DNA from: Bacteriovorax stolpii
GTDB lineage: Bacteria > Bdellovibrionota > UBA1018
Reading direction: 5' to 3'
DNA length: 64,000 bases
Assembly: GCA_945860415.1 (NCBI GenBank)
Contig: CAMAQA010000003.1
Location: 8,982 to 72,981, forward strand
The notes under the pieces are model-generated. The model did no database searches, had not been told where the DNA came from, and saw only the letters and a list, made by a program, of their open reading frames with translations. How positions within the stretch are numbered: the first letter of the stretch is position 1; each line of letters starts with the position of its first letter. The translations under genes were made by a program, and so were the position numbers. This document shows, piece by piece, positions 9,079 through 18,480 of the stretch.

Positions 9079-10410
9079 ATGAATCCAGCCCAGCTCCGCG
9101 AACAGATTGTCGGACAGTCGCGTGAATTTTTCGCCCTTCAGCACTCACCGAAGGCCTTCGTTCCGGGCCAGAGCTACATCCCGGTCACGACCAAGGTGAT
9201 GGACGCCGATGACATGGCATCACTGATCGATGCCTCGCTGGACCTCTGGCTCACCGCCGGCCGGTACTCGAAGGAGTTCGAAGCCGAGATTCCCAAGTTC
9301 TTCGGACGGACCAACAGCGGACTTCTCGTCAACAGCGGCTCGAGTGCCAACCTCGTTGCCGTTTCGAGCCTCGGGTCGCGTCTCATGAGGCAGTTCAAGA
9401 TGCGGCCGATCGAGAAGGGTGACGAGATCATCACCGCGGCAGCAGGATTTCCAACCACGGTGAACCCGATCCTCCAGAACGGCTGGAAGCCCGTCTTCGT
9501 GGATGTCGATCTGAAGACGCTTAATGCATTGCCCGAAGCCATCATGGCCGCCAAGACTTCGCGCACTCGTGCCGTGGTCCTCGCTCACACCCTCGGCAAT
9601 CCGTACCAGGCCAAGGTGCTGGCGGACTGGTGCGCCAGGGAAGACCTCTACCTCGTGGAAGACTGCTGCGACGCTCTCGGCGCAACGGTCGAAGGCCAGC
9701 CCGTCGGCTCGTTCGGTCATTACGCCACGCTCAGCTTCTACCCCGCCCACCACATCACGATGGGCGAAGGCGGAGCGGTCATCGCCCGTGACGGCAAGCT
9801 CCGCCGAGTTGCCGAAAGCATGCGCGACTGGGGACGCGACTGCTGGTGCGAGCCTGGACAGGACAACACCTGCGGCAAGCGTTTTTCGCAGACGCTCGGG
9901 CAGCTCCCCTGCGGCTATGACCACAAGTACACGTACTCGAGCATCGGCTATAACCTGAAGGTCACCGACATGCAGGCGGCCGTCGGAGTCTCGCAGCTCA
10001 AGAAGGTCGCCCGATTCGTCGAGGCTCGTCGCGCGAACTGGAAGGCACTCCATGCCGGAATCCAGTCTTCTCCGAAGCTCCGCGAAGCCTTCACTCCCGT
10101 GGAGCCGACGCCGGGAACGGAGCCCAGCTGGTTCGGCTTTCCGATCCACTGCTCGGAGTCGATCGATCGCGAAAAGGTGGTTCGTCAGCTCGAGGAGCGC
10201 AAGGTCGGTACGCGGCTGGTGTTCGCGGGAAATCTGACCAAGCAGCCGGCCTATGAGGGCGCGGATTACCGGGTGCATGGTTCGCTCCAGAACTCCGACT
10301 TCATCATGAAGCAGACGTTCTGGATCGGCGTCCATCCGGCGCTGACTGCCGCACACCTCCAGTACATGCTCGAGCAGCTGGAAGCGGTCATCCCCCTCAG
10401 CAAGAAATGA
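9079..10410 (+). CDS. rfbH: CDP-6-deoxy-D-xylo-4-hexulose 3-dehydrase (E1), PMP-dependent DegT/RfbH family
   Basis: Contains SFYPAHHITMGEGGAV, DWGRDCWCEPGQDNTCGKRF, YDHKYTYS.IGYNLK.TDMQAA, and LFAGNLT.QP, all hallmarks of DdhC/RfbH. An alternative start at 9043 is possible. Confidence 0.9.
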   Translation: MNPAQLREQIVGQSREFFALQHSPKAFVPGQSYIPVTTKVMDADDMASLIDASLDLWLTAGRYSKEFEAEIPKFFGRTNSGLLVNSGSSANLVAVSSLGSRLMRQFKMRPIEKGDEIITAAAGFPTTVNPILQNGWKPVFVDVDLKTLNALPEAIMAAKTSRTRAVVLAHTLGNPYQAKVLADWCAREDLYLVEDCCDALGATVEGQPVGSFGHYATLSFYPAHHITMGEGGAVIARDGKLRRVAESMRDWGRDCWCEPGQDNTCGKRFSQTLGQLPCGYDHKYTYSSIGYNLKVTDMQAAVGVSQLKKVARFVEARRANWKALHAGIQSSPKLREAFTPVEPTPGTEPSWFGFPIHCSESIDREKVVRQLEERKVGTRLVFAGNLTKQPAYEGADYRVHGSLQNSDFIMKQTFWIGVHPALTAAHLQYMLEQLEAVIPLSKK

Positions 10411-11453
10411 AGCCACTCTTCCACTCCGACCTCGACGAAATTCTCGATCTCTCGCGTGAAGATCTACTCGCGCTTCGCGGGGCGAGGATCTTCATCACCG
10501 GAGGAACGGGTTTCTTCGGAAAATGGATCGTCGAGAGCCTCATGCACGCCCGCGAACGTCTCCTCGGCGGCAAGCTCGAAATCACCGTCCTGACTCGCAG
10601 CCGGGCGAACGCCCGGACAGTCTTTGAGGGCGCGTTCGATCTCGACCAGGTCCACTGGCACGAGGGAGAGATCGCCTCGTTTTCATTTCCGTCTGGTTCC
10701 TTCAGCCACGTGATCCATGCGGCGACTCCGGCGCGCGCCAGCATCAATGACAACGATCCGCTCCGGATGCTCGAGATCACGATCTCGGGCACACGACACA
10801 TCCTCTACTTTGCACGGCAGGCCCAAAGCTCCCGCCTTCTCCTGACCAGCTCCGGGGCGGTCTACGGAGCCCAGTCGCCAGATCTTTACGGCGTGCCCGA
10901 ATCGCACCCCGGATTTGTCGATCCCCTCGAACCGAAGAACGCCTACGCCGTCGGAAAGCTCGTGTCGGAACACTTCTGCACGCAGTTCTCTTCTGACAAG
11001 CTGGCGTGCCTCATTGCCCGCTGCTTTGCCTTCGTCGGTCCGGGGCTTCCGCTCGACGAGCACTTTGCGATCGGAAATTTCATCGGCGACGCCCTCGCCG
11101 GGCGCAAGATCACCATCAAGGGAGACGGCACCCCGTATCGTTCGTATCTCTATCCCACGGACCTGATTGCCCAACTCCTGGCGATACTCGTTCGGGGCGT
11201 GAGCTGCAGGCCCTATAATGTCGGCCACCCGCAGGCATTCAACTTGAGGGAGATCGCCGAAGCCGTTTCTGCGCAGACAAACGTCGGAACGGAAATCCTG
11301 GGCAAGCCTCAACCGGGGGCCCGCTCGGTTCGGTACGTACCTGACCTGTCTCGCCTGCAATCTGAACTCGGCGCAGTGCCTCGCGTGAACCTCTCGGAAG
11401 CGATTCGGCGAACTCTCGCGTGGCACCGACATTCTGACCAAAAAAGGAAGTAA
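10407..11453 (+). CDS. Extended SDR NAD(P)-dependent epimerase/reductase, likely a CDP-deoxyhexose 4-reductase or epimerase (CDP-abequose/paratose-synthase-like or YerF-like)
   Basis: TGGTGFFGKWIVESL Rossmann motif and a YxxxK region (YAVGK). Located directly downstream of rfbFGH. Confidence 0.65.
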   Translation: MKPLFHSDLDEILDLSREDLLALRGARIFITGGTGFFGKWIVESLMHARERLLGGKLEITVLTRSRANARTVFEGAFDLDQVHWHEGEIASFSFPSGSFSHVIHAATPARASINDNDPLRMLEITISGTRHILYFARQAQSSRLLLTSSGAVYGAQSPDLYGVPESHPGFVDPLEPKNAYAVGKLVSEHFCTQFSSDKLACLIARCFAFVGPGLPLDEHFAIGNFIGDALAGRKITIKGDGTPYRSYLYPTDLIAQLLAILVRGVSCRPYNVGHPQAFNLREIAEAVSAQTNVGTEILGKPQPGARSVRYVPDLSRLQSELGAVPRVNLSEAIRRTLAWHRHSDQKRK

Positions 11454-11459
11454 CGTCAC

Positions 11460-13274
11460 ATGAGCACGATCCGCGTTGCCGACTACATCACCCAGTTCCT
11501 CGCCTCTCGCGGCGTTCGCCACGTTTTTCTGGTCACGGGCGGGGGCGCGATGCACCTCAACGACGCTTTCGGCCGTACCAAGGAAATCGAATACGTCGCC
11601 TGCCATCACGAGCAGGCCTGCGCGATGGCGGCGGAAAGCTACTATCGCCTCAGCGGCCGGGTCGCAGCCGTCAACGTCACCACGGGTCCTGGCGGCACGA
11701 ACGCACTCACCGGAATTTTCGGCGCCTACACCGATTCTTGTGGAGTCTTCGTCGTTTCCGGACAGGTGAAGACCGAAACCATCATCGCCTCGACCGGCCT
11801 GCCGCTTCGACAGATGGGCGATCAGGAAGTCGACATCATCTCGATGGCCCGCCCCATTACCAAATATGCGGAGATGGTCACCGACCCCACCACGATTCGG
11901 TATCATCTCGAGAAGGCCTGGCACCTCTGCACGACCGGACGCCCCGGACCCGTGTGGCTGGACATCCCCATCAACATTCAGTCGTCCATGATCGACCCGG
12001 CTTCACTGAAGGGGTTTGAACCCACAGAAGCAAAAATCGCCTGGGAGACCGCCGACCTCAAGGCCACGTGCGCCCGCATTCTCGACGACATCCGGCGAGC
12101 CAAACGGCCGGTGATCATGGCCGGAAGCGGCGTTCGGATATCCGGAACGACGAGCCAATTCCTCGCGCTCGTTGAACGCCTAGGTGTTCCGGTGGCGACT
12201 GCGTTCAATGCGCACGACCTCGTCTGGAATGATCATCCGCTCTACGCGGGCAGGCCGGGTACCGTGGGCGATCGTCCCGGAAATTTTGCGGTCCAGAACG
12301 CCGATTACGTTCTCGTGCTGGGCTGTCGCCTCAATATCCGCCAGGTCAGTTACAATTATCGCAGCTTCGCTCGCGCAGCGAAGGTCGCCATGGTGGATAT
12401 CGACGCCGCCGAGCTCAAGAAGCCCACACTGAAGATCGATGAGCCCGTCCACGCCGACCTGAACGACTTCTTTGCCACCTGCGCGACAATTAAAACGGAA
12501 GGCCCCACTCCGGAGCACTCGGCCTACGTGGCTCGGTGCAAGGAATGGCTCGCAAAGTATCCAGTGGTCCTGCCCGAGTACCGGGCCAATCGCTACAAGA
12601 TCAACCCTTACATCTTCATGGATCAGCTCTTCGAGCAGCTCGGGCCGGACGCGACGGTGGTCACCGCCAATGCCACGGCCTGCGTGACCGCATTCCAGAC
12701 TGCGACGATTCGCAAGGGCCAGCGCCTCTACTCGAACAGCGGCTGCGCCACGATGGGATTCGACCTGCCTTCGGCAATCGGTGCCACGTTCGCCGCTGGT
12801 CGCAAGCCGGTGATCTGCCTGGCCGGCGACGGCTCGATCCAGATGAACGTGCAGGAGCTGCAGACGATCGCTACCCACCGGCTGCCGATCAAGATCTTCC
12901 TGCTCAATAATCTGGGGTACCAGTCGATCAAGCTGACCCAGCAGAATTTCTTCTCGGACAACATTGTCGGCTGCGGCACGGACAGCGGCCTCGGATTTCC
13001 GAACTTCGCCCTGCTCGCCCAGGCCTACGGTCTGAAGTACTTCTCGGCGCAGACTCAGGACGCCTCTCCGGCAGCGATTCGCGAGGCACTCGCCGAACCA
13101 GGCCCAGTCCTTTGCGAAATCGAACTCGACGAACGTCAGCCGTTCGCGCCGAAGCTGAGCTCGCGCCGACTACCCGACGGACGAATGGTCTCCTCGCCAC
13201 TGGAAGACATGGCCCCATTCCTGCCGCGGGACGAATTTAAGGCCAACATGATCATTCCGATCATGGACGAGTGA
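11460..13274 (+). CDS. Thiamine-diphosphate-dependent enzyme, acetolactate-synthase large-subunit family (YerE-like two-carbon branch-attaching enzyme candidate)
   Basis: N-terminal ThDP PYR domain (VTGGGAMHLNDAF..TTGPGGTNAL), a central domain, and a C-terminal GDGS..N ThDP-binding motif (LAGDGSIQMNVQELQT). Length is 604 aa. Confidence 0.75.
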   Translation: MSTIRVADYITQFLASRGVRHVFLVTGGGAMHLNDAFGRTKEIEYVACHHEQACAMAAESYYRLSGRVAAVNVTTGPGGTNALTGIFGAYTDSCGVFVVSGQVKTETIIASTGLPLRQMGDQEVDIISMARPITKYAEMVTDPTTIRYHLEKAWHLCTTGRPGPVWLDIPINIQSSMIDPASLKGFEPTEAKIAWETADLKATCARILDDIRRAKRPVIMAGSGVRISGTTSQFLALVERLGVPVATAFNAHDLVWNDHPLYAGRPGTVGDRPGNFAVQNADYVLVLGCRLNIRQVSYNYRSFARAAKVAMVDIDAAELKKPTLKIDEPVHADLNDFFATCATIKTEGPTPEHSAYVARCKEWLAKYPVVLPEYRANRYKINPYIFMDQLFEQLGPDATVVTANATACVTAFQTATIRKGQRLYSNSGCATMGFDLPSAIGATFAAGRKPVICLAGDGSIQMNVQELQTIATHRLPIKIFLLNNLGYQSIKLTQQNFFSDNIVGCGTDSGLGFPNFALLAQAYGLKYFSAQTQDASPAAIREALAEPGPVLCEIELDERQPFAPKLSSRRLPDGRMVSSPLEDMAPFLPRDEFKANMIIPIMDE

Positions 13275-13285
13275 TCAGAGCCGGC

Positions 13286-14170
13286 TCAGCTTTTACGGCA
13301 GGCCAGCTGGAAGACGTGGGTGGCGCTTCCTCCTCCTACGATCGAGAGGGTTTCAAGCGATAGGACCGAGAGCCCACAGCCCTCCACGAGCCGCCGCAGT
13401 GAGGCTTCCGAATGGAAGTTGATGTGCTCGTGCCAGTGGCGCTTCTTCAGCCAGAAGTTCGGGTCGTCGCCCCGGTGCCGGATCAGGTCTTCCTGGGGCA
13501 CCTCGATGTAGAGGACCGTGTCCTTCTTCATCACACTGCCGATCTCCAGGATCTGCTCCCGGGGAAACGGAATATGCTCCAACACGTGGCTGCTCACGAT
13601 CAGGTCATAATGACCCTCGAGCGCGCGGAAGTAGTTCACCTTCGCGGCACCCGCGATGACCGGCCGATCGCTGATGTCAAAAATGTCCAGCGCGCTCGCA
13701 CGCGACCTGAAGGGAGTGTTGATTCCGGTGTCCCCGCCCCAGTCCAGCACCCGGGGAGCGGCGTTCACCAGCCATGGGCTCAGGAAGTCCTCGATCTTGT
13801 CCAAGTGGACGACGCCGGCCGCAATTCTGCTGTTCCGTTCACGGTAACCGGGCTCGTACCTATCCCGAAGGGCGACGTACTCCTCATCACGGTATCCCGA
13901 ATAAAGCGCCGCCATTTCACGGTCATCGAATCGAATGTCGAGGAAGACCAGATCACAGAACTCGCAATGCAGGGTGTTGCAGAGGGAATAAGCCATTCCC
14001 TGGCTGATGCTCCTCAGGCCCCAGGACTCATCGATCCTCACCGGCTCCCAGCCAAAAACCCGATGAGCAACGAACGGCATCAGAATGGCGGAGTTCCTAT
14101 GCAGGTTCCTCGAACCACAGGTCACGCACTCTGAGGCGATTCTGGGCTGTCCGGAAGTCGGTTTCATCAA
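13286..14170 (-). CDS. Class I SAM-dependent methyltransferase with an N-terminal Cys4 zinc ribbon (sugar C/O-methyltransferase-like)
   Basis: CVTCGS...CNTLHCEFCD zinc ribbon, MTase motif I VLDWGGDTG, and motif LIVSSHVLEHIPFP. Confidence 0.7.
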   Translation of the reverse strand: MMKPTSGQPRIASECVTCGSRNLHRNSAILMPFVAHRVFGWEPVRIDESWGLRSISQGMAYSLCNTLHCEFCDLVFLDIRFDDREMAALYSGYRDEEYVALRDRYEPGYRERNSRIAAGVVHLDKIEDFLSPWLVNAAPRVLDWGGDTGINTPFRSRASALDIFDISDRPVIAGAAKVNYFRALEGHYDLIVSSHVLEHIPFPREQILEIGSVMKKDTVLYIEVPQEDLIRHRGDDPNFWLKKRHWHEHINFHSEASLRRLVEGCGLSVLSLETLSIVGGGSATHVFQLACRKS

Positions 14171-14198
14171 TGCAAGCCTCCCTTGCGTCCCTTGAGGG

Positions 14199-15392
14199 TT
14201 GAAGCTATTTCATAGCGAACACCCCGAGGAATTTGCAATGTCTGTCTTCCACGACATCTGGCGAGAAATTCAGCCGACATCACGATGCCTGGAGATCGCC
14301 CGCGACACTCTTGCCCAGGGAGGCCGGATCGCTGTCTACGGGACGGGCACGGCAGCCTCAGATGTGATCCGGCTGCTCAGAAAGAAGGACCTGTCCCCAT
14401 CGCTGGTTCTCGATGCAAAGAGCAACAAGAGTTCACTCGAAGGTCTCGAGGTCAGTGACCCCGGCTCGCCCTCCTTCTCTCAGCCGGACAAGCAAAGAAC
14501 CGTCGTCTTCATGGGAATTTTCAATCCCGCCGTCGACCTCACGGGCCTCCGTCAGCATCTCATTTCACTCGGTTGGACGAACTCGATTGACTTCGTCGAG
14601 CTCCATGCAGCAGCACCTGAGGAACTCGGCGACCGCTACTGGCTTACCGACAGATCTTTCTATCAACGGCATCAGGCCGAAATTACTGCCGCAGCCAAAC
14701 TCTGGGCGGACGACCACAGTCGTAAGCTGTATGAAGATACCTTGCGTTTTCGATTGCTGGGAGATGATTCAGGCCTGCGGGCACCGGATCTCCACCATCA
14801 GTACTTTCCGCTCGATCTGGCCCCCCTTCAGACTCGACTGAAACGCAGCCCGCTTCGGCTAATAGACTGCGGCGCCTGTGTTGGCGACGTCTTGAAACAT
14901 ATCCGAAAGCAGGGATACCCGATCGAATCGGTAGCTTGTTTCGAACCCGACCCCAGAAATTATCAGGGGCTGATCGAGACCGTGAACTCTGGAGCGCAAA
15001 TACCGGAGGGAGCATTCCTGTTTCCATGCGGAGTTTCTTCGCGCTTCGAGGTTCTTCGTTTTTCCTCCTCACAAGGCGCGGCCAGCGCCGTTTCCGCTGA
15101 TGGAGACCTGGCCATCAATTGCCTTTCGATCGACGAATCTCTGCCCGGATATGCTCCGAATTTCATCAAAATGGATGTGGAAGGGGCCGAATCCGCCGCC
15201 CTGGACGGAGCGAGACGCACGATCAGCAGCAGTCGACCGGCCCTGGCCATCAGTGCGTATCATCGACCCGCGGATCTTTGGGAGCTTCCGCACCTCATCG
15301 AGGCATGGCAGCTCGACTATGAGTTCCACCTTCGTCAGCACATGTTTCGAGGGTTCGACTTGGTTTTATACGCAATTCCTCGTATGAACTAA
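14199..15392 (+). CDS. FkbM-family methyltransferase with an N-terminal Rossmann-like extension
   Basis: The C-terminal half reads LIDCGACVGD..FEPDPRNY..FIKMDVEGAE..L.GA, a Methyltransf_21/FkbM signature. Confidence 0.7.
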   Translation: MKLFHSEHPEEFAMSVFHDIWREIQPTSRCLEIARDTLAQGGRIAVYGTGTAASDVIRLLRKKDLSPSLVLDAKSNKSSLEGLEVSDPGSPSFSQPDKQRTVVFMGIFNPAVDLTGLRQHLISLGWTNSIDFVELHAAAPEELGDRYWLTDRSFYQRHQAEITAAAKLWADDHSRKLYEDTLRFRLLGDDSGLRAPDLHHQYFPLDLAPLQTRLKRSPLRLIDCGACVGDVLKHIRKQGYPIESVACFEPDPRNYQGLIETVNSGAQIPEGAFLFPCGVSSRFEVLRFSSSQGAASAVSADGDLAINCLSIDESLPGYAPNFIKMDVEGAESAALDGARRTISSSRPALAISAYHRPADLWELPHLIEAWQLDYEFHLRQHMFRGFDLVLYAIPRMN

Positions 15393-15421
15393 CTTCAAAA
15401 ATTTGAACTGAGGGGACCATC

Positions 15422-16510
15422 ATGTCTGTCATCCACGGAAACATCTTCGACGAGCTTTTTGTTCTCGAACTAGCCAGCAATCACTGGGGCCGACTCGAGC
15501 GCGGCATCAAGATCGTCCATGACTTCGGCCGAATCGTCCGCCACAACAACGTCAAGGCGGCGATCAAGCTCCAGTTCCGTGATGTCGACAACTTCATCCA
15601 CAAGGATTTCCGCGGCCGGACGGACATCCGCTACATCAAGAAGACCCTCGACACCCAGATGCCCTGGGAGAAATATCGGATCCTCTGCGAGGAGGTCCGC
15701 AAGAACAACTGCATGATCATGGCCACGCCGTTTGATGAAGTTGGCGTCGAGAAGTGCGTCGAGTTCAACTGCGCCATCATCAAGATCGCCAGCTCCGACC
15801 TGAATGACTGGGTACTGCTCGAAAAAATCGCCAAGACCAAGAAGCCGGTGATCGCCTCGACCGGCGGATCAAGCCTGAAGGACATCGACGATCTCGTGAC
15901 CTTCTTCACGAATCGGAACATTCCGATCGCGATCAATCACTGCGTCTCCATTTATCCTTCCGAGGACAAGGAGCTCGAACTCAACCAGATCGACTTCCTG
16001 AAGGCGCGATACCCGCACCTGACCATCGGATTTTCGACGCACGAGCAGCACAGCTGGGATGCCTCGATCATGATGGCCTACGCCAAGGGTGCGCGTACGT
16101 TCGAGCGTCACATCGACATCGACGCGGATGGAATTCCCGTTTCGCCCTACTGCACGACTCCCGAAAACTGCGACAAGTGGTTCCGGGCCTTCCACAAGGC
16201 CAAGGAAATGTGTGGAGCCCCTGGCACTGCCAAGCGCATTCCGCCGGAGAAGGAAATCAAGTACCTCGACGGCCTCGTTCGTGGAATTTACGCCAGCCAC
16301 GACCTGCCGGAAGGTCATGTCGTCACGGAGAAGGACATTTACCTCTCCATCCCGCTGCAAAAGGGCCAGATCTCCTGCCGCGAACTGTTTTTCGGTGAAA
16401 AGCTGATCCGCCCCGTGAAGGCGGATGGCGCGATCACGATCGACCACATGGACACTCCGTATTCGCAGAACCCGGAGCTCCGTCAGTTGATCATGAACCG
16501 CGGCATCTGA
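15422..16510 (+). CDS. NeuB-family ulosonic-acid synthase (N-acylneuraminate / KDN-9-phosphate synthase-like) with a C-terminal SAF domain
   Basis: ELASNHWG..., IKIASSDLND, STGGSSL.DIDD, and IAINHCVS.YP are conserved NeuB TIM-barrel motifs. The C-terminal region is antifreeze-like. Confidence 0.85.
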   Translation: MSVIHGNIFDELFVLELASNHWGRLERGIKIVHDFGRIVRHNNVKAAIKLQFRDVDNFIHKDFRGRTDIRYIKKTLDTQMPWEKYRILCEEVRKNNCMIMATPFDEVGVEKCVEFNCAIIKIASSDLNDWVLLEKIAKTKKPVIASTGGSSLKDIDDLVTFFTNRNIPIAINHCVSIYPSEDKELELNQIDFLKARYPHLTIGFSTHEQHSWDASIMMAYAKGARTFERHIDIDADGIPVSPYCTTPENCDKWFRAFHKAKEMCGAPGTAKRIPPEKEIKYLDGLVRGIYASHDLPEGHVVTEKDIYLSIPLQKGQISCRELFFGEKLIRPVKADGAITIDHMDTPYSQNPELRQLIMNRGI

Positions 16511-17172
16511 TGGCCCACCTCTTTTTTGACCTCGATGGAACCCTGCTGGACCCCAGCGAGGGTTTCGCGCTTTCGCTGGCGCACGCGTTTTCCCGGAGCG
16601 GGCTGAACGTTCCCCCGCGCGAGGTGCTCGTGACGGCCATTGGCCCTCCCGCAGACGAGTGGTCGATGCATTTTGGGGAAGATCGGCTTCCGGCCTCTCG
16701 CCTCTCCGAATTGATCGTCCACTATCGCGAACACTACGAGCGCGAAGGCCTCTACCTGCAATCTCATTATCCCGGACTGCGCGAGAGCATCGAGGCCCTG
16801 CGCCTGGCAGGCCACTCACTCTCCATTGCCACTTCAAAACCCCAGAAGCAGGCTGAAACCGTGCTGTCGCATTTCGGCTTCGAGCCGATGTTCACGGGCA
16901 GGATCTTCGGGCGAGATCTCTCGCAGTCGGGAGACAAGACCACGATCCTGGGCCGGGGCCTGCGAAGCACTGGCCATGAGCCCGCGCAATCCATCATGAT
17001 CGGCGACCGGCTTCATGACTGCCGCGCCGCCCGAAATCTCGGGCTCACCAGCATCGGCGTGCTTTATGGTTTTGGCTCACGACAGGAGCTCGAGGGCGCC
17101 GGCGCGACGCTGATCTGCGAAGCTCCGAGTCAGCTCGTTGCCTGCGTGACCCGAGTGATCTCCGGGGCCTGA
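16510..17172 (+). CDS. HAD-superfamily hydrolase, subfamily IA (phosphoglycolate-phosphatase-like); candidate sugar-phosphate phosphatase partnering the NeuB-like synthase
   Basis: DLDGTLLD motif I, S.ATSK motif II region, and GD..D motif IV (IGDRLHDCRAA). Confidence 0.75.
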   Translation: MAHLFFDLDGTLLDPSEGFALSLAHAFSRSGLNVPPREVLVTAIGPPADEWSMHFGEDRLPASRLSELIVHYREHYEREGLYLQSHYPGLRESIEALRLAGHSLSIATSKPQKQAETVLSHFGFEPMFTGRIFGRDLSQSGDKTTILGRGLRSTGHEPAQSIMIGDRLHDCRAARNLGLTSIGVLYGFGSRQELEGAGATLICEAPSQLVACVTRVISGA

Positions 17173-18452
17173 GCGTCCAGCTCCAGCACGGCAAGGTAGA
17201 CCAGCAGAGAATTCCAGAAATACAACCAGTAATGGCCGTTCAGGAGTAGAAAGAACGCCCACGCGGAGGCGCTCCAGGCCAGGACTCGCCGAGAGTTCGC
17301 GCGATCGCGAAACGCAAGCACGAGGAACACGAGCACGATGAGCCCCTGGACCCGCTGCTGCCATCCGGAGATGCCGAGGGCATAGAACACAGGAGAAAAA
17401 GTCAGCCCATAATCGCCAGGATATTCCGTGGACTGAACGGCTCCCTGGAACCAGAAGATCACCTTCCAGACTTCACCGAAGCTCGTCGAGGAATACAGCA
17501 GCGCAACGAGCCCTCCCACGAGCGCAAGTGAGGCTCCCCCGAGCAGCAGCACCCGGCGCAGATTCGTGCGCCACGAGTTGGAGACCAGGGTGAGCGCCCA
17601 GAACGGCGTCATCACCCACGCCCACTGCCGCGAGATCACCAGTGCCGGCAGGAGAAAAACCCAGGCTGCAGGATAAAGTACCAGCAGTACGAGCCCCAGG
17701 ATGAAGCCCTCGAAATACAGCTCGTGCCGAAAATTCATGTAAGGCGAAAGCGCCAGCCAGACGAGCGCCCCTGCTGCGGACGTTCCGAAAGACTGCGTCT
17801 TTCGAAGCCGTATCCACACGAGCAGCATCCATGCACTCCGGTACAGGACCGTATTCCAGCGCAAGTCGAGTCCGAGGGCCCAGGCAGGCCAGTTCATGAA
17901 CAGCGTTCCGGGCAGGTATCCCATCCGGTTCGTCCGCCCCGCCATTTCGAACAGAGAATAGGGACTCGATCCGGCCGACCACAAATCCAATCCCTTCTGG
18001 ATGACCGGCAGCATGTCCGAGCGAAGCGGATTCACCGGAAAATGCAGGATGGATCCGATCAGGACCACGAGATTCAGACCAAACGCTGCGCCAACGAGCA
18101 GCTCAGGCCTGCGCGCCGATCCGGGCAGGAAAAGTACGGCAAGGGCCAGCCCCGCCCCGATCAGTGCGAACCATGGAAACTCGTAGCCCATCGGCGCGAA
18201 CCGAACGGTGCTCATTCCGAGATAGGCAAAGTTCAGGACGGCCCAGGTTCCGAGCGCCCCACGATGATGAAGCCAGGCGCCCCACTGCTCGCGCCGAGGC
18301 AGCCGCCGGAGCACAGCAAGCACGACCAGCAAGGCAGTGGCCGCCAGCCAAAGGAGTCTTCCCAGTTGAAACGGAAGAGATCCCCACGGAATATTTCGCC
18401 CGACAGCGAGAGTCTGGGCCAGGAGCAGGGGTAGAAATATCAAAACATTCAT
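17130..18452 (-). CDS. Polytopic membrane protein (440 aa), possible GT-C family glycosyltransferase
   Basis: At least 12 TM segments. No soluble catalytic domain recognised. Confidence 0.45.
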   Translation of the reverse strand: MNVLIFLPLLLAQTLAVGRNIPWGSLPFQLGRLLWLAATALLVVLAVLRRLPRREQWGAWLHHRGALGTWAVLNFAYLGMSTVRFAPMGYEFPWFALIGAGLALAVLFLPGSARRPELLVGAAFGLNLVVLIGSILHFPVNPLRSDMLPVIQKGLDLWSAGSSPYSLFEMAGRTNRMGYLPGTLFMNWPAWALGLDLRWNTVLYRSAWMLLVWIRLRKTQSFGTSAAGALVWLALSPYMNFRHELYFEGFILGLVLLVLYPAAWVFLLPALVISRQWAWVMTPFWALTLVSNSWRTNLRRVLLLGGASLALVGGLVALLYSSTSFGEVWKVIFWFQGAVQSTEYPGDYGLTFSPVFYALGISGWQQRVQGLIVLVFLVLAFRDRANSRRVLAWSASAWAFFLLLNGHYWLYFWNSLLVYLAVLELDAQAPEITRVTQATS

Positions 18453-18480
18453 TCAACCACTCGTTTCAAAACCAACCCTG

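Noticed and set aside
8055-9125. 356-aa plus-strand ORF antisense to rfbG, and similar long antisense ORFs (9220..10416 -, 10683..11924 -, 27000..28043 -, 4851..5879 -, 15869..16837 -, 47571..49013 -, 48944..50356 -, 49153..50352 -)
   Set aside because: Each overlaps a sense-strand gene with unmistakable homology (rfbG, rfbH, SDR, rfbB, rfbF, neuB-like, deoB, deoA). No recognisable motifs. Stop-codon depletion in a 60% GC genome explains their length.
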